Below are positions 58,375-64,000 of a DNA stretch of 64,000 nt, one piece after another. A program made the translations under genes and the position numbers. Origin of the DNA: an uncultured Poribacteria bacterium (GTDB lineage: Bacteria; Poribacteria; WGA-4E; WGA-3G); assembly GCA_951813565.1 (NCBI GenBank), contig OX638351.1:2592001-2656000 (forward strand), read 5' to 3'. Positions within the stretch are counted from its first letter, which is position 1. Every line of letters begins with the position of its first letter. The notes under the pieces are model-generated. The model saw only the letters and a list, made by a program, of their open reading frames with translations. It was not told the origin of the DNA and did no database searches.

Positions 58375-61152
58375 CTAAAAACTATAGGACAACTTCGCGT
58401 AGTAAAGTCCACCGTTGAAACCGAACGGTGCGGACCTCCGAGAATACGTGAACACACCAGGGGAGTCAACAATGACCTGTCCAGCACCATCCACTAATGT
58501 TCCACCGCGCGACTGTCCAATCTCGTTTTCATCAGGGACTTGATCCAACAGATTGTTCGCACCGATGGTCAGTGAAAGTCCTTCATTCAGTTGATAATTG
58601 CCTTGGATATCGGTAAGCCATTTACCACCGTAGGTTTGACGTGCTGGATCGTCACCGCTACCTTCCTGAACAGTATATTCGCCAAAGTAGCGTAACGCTC
58701 CACCGATAGTAAGATCGCCGACGATGTAATCTGCACTAAAGTTAATACGCGTGTTCGGCTGCCACTCTTCAATCATGGAACGTTCCTGTGATGGGAAGAG
58801 TGTATCTTCAAGACCGACAAGAATTTCGGGTGCTTCCACATCGCCGATCACTTCAGTATCCGCATAAGTCAACGCAACTTTCAGATTGAGAAGTGATTCG
58901 TTGTCGAAAGCGTGAAGATAACCGGCGGCAACATCAACCCCTTGTGTACGTGTTTGTGCGACGTTCGTGAAGACCTGCGCGCTGTTAGCACCTGCTTCAG
59001 CTAAACCTTCAACATTATCAGCACTAAAACTACCACTCAGCACAATACGGTCGTCAATCTGAATGAGGAATCCATCGACTGTGAACCATAATTTCTCTAC
59101 TGGTTTCAGGACGACACCACCAGAGACGTTGAACGCTATCTCCTCTTTCAGTTCAGGAATACCGAGCGCACGTGCGGCGTCACTGTCATTGCGGAACGTA
59201 CCAACTTCAAGCGGTATAAGTTCCTCTGTGTTACCGTCACCATCAAGGTCATCAGCATCTACTTTGAATTGTGTACTGATGTTATTGAAGTAGAGTTGTT
59301 GTAGTGAAGGTGCACGGAAACCGGTGCTACCAGCAGCGCGTACTGCAACCTGTTTTGTAAGGTCGTAACGTGCTGTTGCTTTTCCTGTAACGGTTGTTCC
59401 AAAGTCGCTATACTGTTCACCGCGCACGGCTGCGCCGACAAGAAGTCCACTCATATACGATTCAAAGTCAGCATAACCGGCAATGTTGGTTCGACTTTCG
59501 TCTGTCTCTCGGTTCGGACTGAACCCAGGAAAGACTTGGATACCTGCAACGGCACCATCAGCACCGAGTCCAGCGTTTATCCATGAAGCAGGTTCACCTG
59601 CATGGATACCGTAGCCTTCACGCCGGAATTCTATACCGCCTGCCAAATTGATGAGAGAGGATTGATATTCCAGCGGATAGGTAACGTCCAAATTAAACGC
59701 TGTCTGTGAGAGTTCAAATCCACCTGCATCAGCAGAGGTAGGACTTGCTGCGCCGTAAGACGCATTCATAGAATTGGAGATGAAAAAGTCAAACGTATTC
59801 AACCCATGATTGACACTGGCATCAACATTCAGGTCAGTCGCTTCGTGTGTCCACGCTGCACCAAATGCAAGAGAGACATCTTCAATACCCGTGTTAATTT
59901 CAGGCAGGAAACCGTCAGGATAAATATCAGTTACTGTTCGTTCTGCTTGGTTTGCCCTACGATAAAAACCAGCACTATTGTTCTGACGTGTGGAATACCC
60001 ACCGAATGAATACAGTTCCATGCCACCAACAATCGGTAGACCGAAGTTGTAAAATCCGACTTTTTGTGTAGAATCGGCATCACCAATACGGAAGTTTTGA
60101 CGATCAAATGTGTATTCACGTGAATCAAACCATACCGGTTTTTCTGTTACCGTTCCATCATCATTTTCAATTTCAAGCATGTGGTCAGCAGGTCTGCCCT
60201 GATCTTCTTCTACCCAATCATATTGACGTGTGCCTGTGAGACCCGCGCGGTTCGTGCGGTATCTGTCGCGCCATTCTGCTGTCAGGTTAATAAAACCAGA
60301 TTCACCCACTTTCATACCGTAATTGGCGTTTCCGATCCATGTATCGCCATCACCTTCGTAGGTTTGTCCCCAATAAAAGTTGGCGTCGCCCGTATCAACA
60401 TCGTCTTTCAGCACAATGTTGATTACACCGGCAATAGCATCAGAACCGTATTGTGCAGCGGCACCATCACGTAGTACCTCAATCCGTTTGATAGCGGAAG
60501 ACGGTATCGCGTTGAAATCTGTGCCAGCAGTACCACGACCTACCGAAGTGTTGATGTGTAACAACGCACTTTTGTGACGACGTTTGCCGTTAACAAGCAC
60601 CAATGTTTGGTCTGGTCCCAAACCTCGTAAAGTAGCAGGACGTAACGCATCCGTTCCATCACTAATTGAGGAACTTGAAAAGTTAAAGGATGGCACTAAC
60701 ATCTGTAGTATACGTCCAGTCTCAGATTGTCCTGTGAGACTAAGCTGTTCTCTCTCAACCACATCAATCGGCGCGGGTGCCTGCAATGCACGCCGTCCAA
60801 TACTCCGTGTACCTACTACAACGACCGATTCTATAGTTTGGATAGGGGCAAGTACCACCGTTAATTCTTCCTGTCCTGCGGTAACATTAACCCGCCTATC
60901 AGCGAAACCGAGTGCCGTTATTTGCACTGCCTGCACACCTGCCACATCACTAAACATGGCTGTGCCGTTATCATCTGTTGTCTGTTCTTCGCTACCAATC
61001 AGCACCTTTGCTGATGGAATTGCGCTCCCATCTTGGTCTTGAACGACCACTTTAAGAGCTTCTGCATTTGCTGTCAACGGTATTACTGAGACGATGCCGA
61101 ATAAAATTGCGACAACATACCAAAAACACCTATTATTCTCTGAAATTAGCAT
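58375..61152 (-). CDS. TonB-dependent receptor
   Basis: Signal peptide, plug LRGLG..QTLVLVNGKR, IKRIEVLRDGA...YGSDAIAGVINI, GFRAPSL, terminal F. Confidence 0.95.
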   Translation of the reverse strand: MLISENNRCFWYVVAILFGIVSVIPLTANAEALKVVVQDQDGSAIPSAKVLIGSEEQTTDDNGTAMFSDVAGVQAVQITALGFADRRVNVTAGQEELTVVLAPIQTIESVVVVGTRSIGRRALQAPAPIDVVEREQLSLTGQSETGRILQMLVPSFNFSSSSISDGTDALRPATLRGLGPDQTLVLVNGKRRHKSALLHINTSVGRGTAGTDFNAIPSSAIKRIEVLRDGAAAQYGSDAIAGVINIVLKDDVDTGDANFYWGQTYEGDGDTWIGNANYGMKVGESGFINLTAEWRDRYRTNRAGLTGTRQYDWVEEDQGRPADHMLEIENDDGTVTEKPVWFDSREYTFDRQNFRIGDADSTQKVGFYNFGLPIVGGMELYSFGGYSTRQNNSAGFYRRANQAERTVTDIYPDGFLPEINTGIEDVSLAFGAAWTHEATDLNVDASVNHGLNTFDFFISNSMNASYGAASPTSADAGGFELSQTAFNLDVTYPLEYQSSLINLAGGIEFRREGYGIHAGEPASWINAGLGADGAVAGIQVFPGFSPNRETDESRTNIAGYADFESYMSGLLVGAAVRGEQYSDFGTTVTGKATARYDLTKQVAVRAAGSTGFRAPSLQQLYFNNISTQFKVDADDLDGDGNTEELIPLEVGTFRNDSDAARALGIPELKEEIAFNVSGGVVLKPVEKLWFTVDGFLIQIDDRIVLSGSFSADNVEGLAEAGANSAQVFTNVAQTRTQGVDVAAGYLHAFDNESLLNLKVALTYADTEVIGDVEAPEILVGLEDTLFPSQERSMIEEWQPNTRINFSADYIVGDLTIGGALRYFGEYTVQEGSGDDPARQTYGGKWLTDIQGNYQLNEGLSLTIGANNLLDQVPDENEIGQSRGGTLVDGAGQVIVDSPGVFTYSRRSAPFGFNGGLYYAKLSYSF

Positions 61153-61478
61153 ACTTTTACTCCTTAGGTTTTAGTTTTAAATAGTATCTGTAATTTTATA
61201 GATTATGAAGTGGAACCACAAAAACCCCTGATGTTTATCTGTGTTTCCACTCAACACACTATAATTATGACCTATTCTGTTGTAAAATGCAAATGAAATT
61301 GTTTTCTTATGATTTTCCCTCTATTTCATAGAAAAGAAAATTGCGATCCAAACGCATTGATTTTTTAACAATAAACTCAAATTTTATGCTAAACTTAAAT
61401 GTGTTATTATCATCTTTGACAATTTTCCACAGACACTATTGTCTGTTCTGAATTTATTGCTGGTAGAAAGAGAACAAC

Positions 61479-63107
61479 ATGCTTGGCACAATGATGAACT
61501 ATCCCTTAACACTCGCGCAGATTTTAGAGCATGCGCACTGTATCCATGGAGATAAGCAGGTTCACTCACTGTTGCCAAATGGAAGATTGCATACCTATAA
61601 CTACGATACGTTATACCTTCGTGTCAAGCAATTAGCAAACGCTATCACCACATTGGGTGGACGACCAGGTGATAGAGTCGCAACTTTCGCATCTAACACG
61701 TATCAACACTTAGAACTCTGCTGTGCAGTTCCTTATGCTGGCGCAACCATTCACCCGCTCAATGTGCGGCTCGCACCAGCACAACTCGCAAAAATTGTGG
61801 CGGAAGCAGATGATAAACTCATTTTTGTTGATGGAGCTTGTGCCGAACAGTTTTCTCAACTACAACATAAGATTGACTGCAAGCATGTTATTTTTTTTAA
61901 TATAGATACTAGACAGAATCAAAACCTCGGCAACCTTTCTATTGAATATGAACAGTTTCTTTCCGAAGCAGATGATGATTATACATCGGATATTCAGGAC
62001 GAAAATTGGGCAATGGCATTATGCTACACAAGCGGAACAGATGGTGAACCGAAGGGAGTTCTCTACACACATCGTTCTATGTTTCTGCACACGCTGGCAG
62101 TCAATCAAGCAGATGTGTTCGGACTAACCGAATCGGATGTAGTCATGCCGCTTGTTCCGATGTTCCACGCGATGGGATGGGGTTTACCCTACGCGTCCAT
62201 GTTTGTCGGTGCGGATATTGTATTTGCTGATGCTAACCATAAGCACATCGTTGACCTCATCGCTGAAACTGGTGTTACCGTTGCTGCCGGCGTACCGACA
62301 GTCTGGACGAAACTTCTTCCTGAATTGCGAGAAAGAAAACAAGACATATCTTCATTACAGCGACTGATTGTCGGTGGTGAACCGATGCCATCTACACTTA
62401 TTGAGGTTTATGAGGAGGAACTTGGGGTTGAGGTGCGCCACGCTTGGGGCATGACAGAGATGTCACCGACAGGAACTTTCTGTACGCTGCGAAAAGCACA
62501 TCAAAAATATTCTGACGCTGAAAAATGGAAAATTAAAGCGATGCAGGGTAGACCTATACCCGGAGTTCAGATCCGCCTCGCAAATGAAAACCGAACCGAA
62601 CTCCCTTGGAACGGAGTGACAATCGGAGAATTACAGGTAAAAAGTCCTTGGACAGCGCGCAGCTACTACAAAAATGAACCGACACCCGAACATTTCACTG
62701 CTGACGGATGGTTGCGAACAGGTGATCTTGCGACTATCGACGCTGAAGGTTACATGCAGATTGTTGACCGCGCGAAGGCAATAATCCGCAGTGGTGGGGA
62801 ATCTATCTCGCCTGTCGCATTAGAGAATGTCCTGTTAAAACATCCGTCCATAAAAGACGCAGCGGTTATCGGCATCTCAGATGAAAAGTGGGGTGAACGA
62901 CCACTTGCTATTGTTGTCCTCTCACCACAGAAAACTGAAAATATCTCGGAGATACTAAAACAACATCTCGCTACGGAATTTCCAAAATTCTGGATTCCTG
63001 ACAAGTTTGTTGTTGTTGATGAGATACCGAAAACAGGTGTTGGCAAAACCGATAAGCATGCTATTATGGAACTGATCACAGCAAGCCAAAAAGGAGAATT
63101 GCTATGA
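61479..63107 (+). CDS. Long-chain fatty acid-CoA ligase (AlkK/DmdB-like adenylate-forming enzyme)
   Basis: YTSGT.G.PKGV, WGMTE, GWLRTGD, DRAK..I.SGGE, PKT..GK. Confidence 0.92.
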   Translation: MLGTMMNYPLTLAQILEHAHCIHGDKQVHSLLPNGRLHTYNYDTLYLRVKQLANAITTLGGRPGDRVATFASNTYQHLELCCAVPYAGATIHPLNVRLAPAQLAKIVAEADDKLIFVDGACAEQFSQLQHKIDCKHVIFFNIDTRQNQNLGNLSIEYEQFLSEADDDYTSDIQDENWAMALCYTSGTDGEPKGVLYTHRSMFLHTLAVNQADVFGLTESDVVMPLVPMFHAMGWGLPYASMFVGADIVFADANHKHIVDLIAETGVTVAAGVPTVWTKLLPELRERKQDISSLQRLIVGGEPMPSTLIEVYEEELGVEVRHAWGMTEMSPTGTFCTLRKAHQKYSDAEKWKIKAMQGRPIPGVQIRLANENRTELPWNGVTIGELQVKSPWTARSYYKNEPTPEHFTADGWLRTGDLATIDAEGYMQIVDRAKAIIRSGGESISPVALENVLLKHPSIKDAAVIGISDEKWGERPLAIVVLSPQKTENISEILKQHLATEFPKFWIPDKFVVVDEIPKTGVGKTDKHAIMELITASQKGELL

Positions 63108-64000
63108 AAATGAAAGCTGCTATCTATTCAGGTATTGAACAAATTGCGATCCAAGAGGTAGAACTTAACGAACCACCACCCGGTTTTGTCCTTGTTGATA
63201 CGAAGCAGACAGGTATCTGCGGCAGTGATCTCCACAGCTACTTCGGACATTGGGGACAATCTCATGAACACGCCGCGGGTCATGAAACATGTGGGACAGT
63301 TACTGCGCTCGGCGATGGCGTAACAGGATTTGAGATTGGAGACAAGGTTGCAGTGGAATGTTTTTCTCACTGCGGCACATGCAAATATTGTGAAACAGGT
63401 CAATACAATCTTTGTTTCAATAGAGCCTGGATCTCTCCGAATATGCACGGTGGATTTTCAGAATACACTGCAACACACCAGTCAGGTCTGTTCAAACTAC
63501 CACAAGACATGACATTTGAACAAGGCGCACTTGTGGAACCGCTTGCTGTCTCGCATCGTGCTGTGGCGCGTTCAGGTGCGAATTCGCGTGACAGGATGGC
63601 AATTATAGGTGGCGGCACCATCGGTCAATTCTGTTTAGCAGATGCTGTTGCTGCGGGTGTGAAAGAGACGCTGATTACCGTCAAGTATCAACAACAAGCA
63701 GAACTCGCAAAATCCCTCGGTGCTGACCATATCGTCAACATTGGCGACACCGATGTGAGAGAATACGTCAACGACATTACTAATGGCATCGGTTTTGATG
63801 CTGTTATTGAAACGGTAGGTGGTGCAGAAAACTTCAACACTGCCACAACTATCGTTCGCAAACAGGGCACTGTCGTCCTCGTTGCTGGATACTACAAACC
63901 GCTTGAGGTAAACTTATCAACTATCGTCTGGTCGGAGGCTTCTATTACAGGTTCTAACTGCTACGGATACAGCGGTATGGAAACCGACTTTGAAGCGGCA
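63104..64000 (+). CDS. Zinc-dependent alcohol dehydrogenase (MDR), runs off window end
   Basis: Manual translation: MKMKAAIY...GICGSDLH...GHE..G, CGTCKYCETG..NLC, GGGTIG. Confidence 0.92.
   Translation, partial: MKMKAAIYSGIEQIAIQEVELNEPPPGFVLVDTKQTGICGSDLHSYFGHWGQSHEHAAGHETCGTVTALGDGVTGFEIGDKVAVECFSHCGTCKYCETGQYNLCFNRAWISPNMHGGFSEYTATHQSGLFKLPQDMTFEQGALVEPLAVSHRAVARSGANSRDRMAIIGGGTIGQFCLADAVAAGVKETLITVKYQQQAELAKSLGADHIVNIGDTDVREYVNDITNGIGFDAVIETVGGAENFNTATTIVRKQGTVVLVAGYYKPLEVNLSTIVWSEASITGSNCYGYSGMETDFEAA

Overview
Bacterial chromosomal window, moderately AT-rich. It most resembles Candidatus Poribacteria; this is an inference from LamG-type proteins ending in KLxTTWxxxK and the many PhyH dioxygenases, TIM-barrel sugar isomerases and Uma2 nucleases. 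Most of it is metabolic or housekeeping: korAB, aroQ, dppBC, queC, sbcDC, iscA/iscU-like, a NuoEF-like fusion, ThDP enzymes, an enolase-superfamily and RraA cluster, a TonB-dependent receptor, an acyl-CoA ligase and tRNA-Asn. Possible defence genes are FRG+TPR, three tandem Uma2 genes, an internally deleted Rpn, HicAB and an AAA ATPase + PD-(D/E)XK pair. The most unusual signal is intergenic: a nested hierarchy of non-autonomous mobile DNA. MITEs with several different IS-type ends carry REP-like palindromes, and these are interrupted by a family of 34-36 bp 'NRAATCAA + hairpin' micro-elements. The micro-element stems covary, there is no target duplication, and removing them restores the host palindrome. 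The window also has an intact IS1595 with a candidate antisense/RBS switch, plus IS701 and TnpB remnants. No CRISPR array, rRNA or reverse transcriptase was seen. All calls come from reading the sequence by eye; no searches were run.
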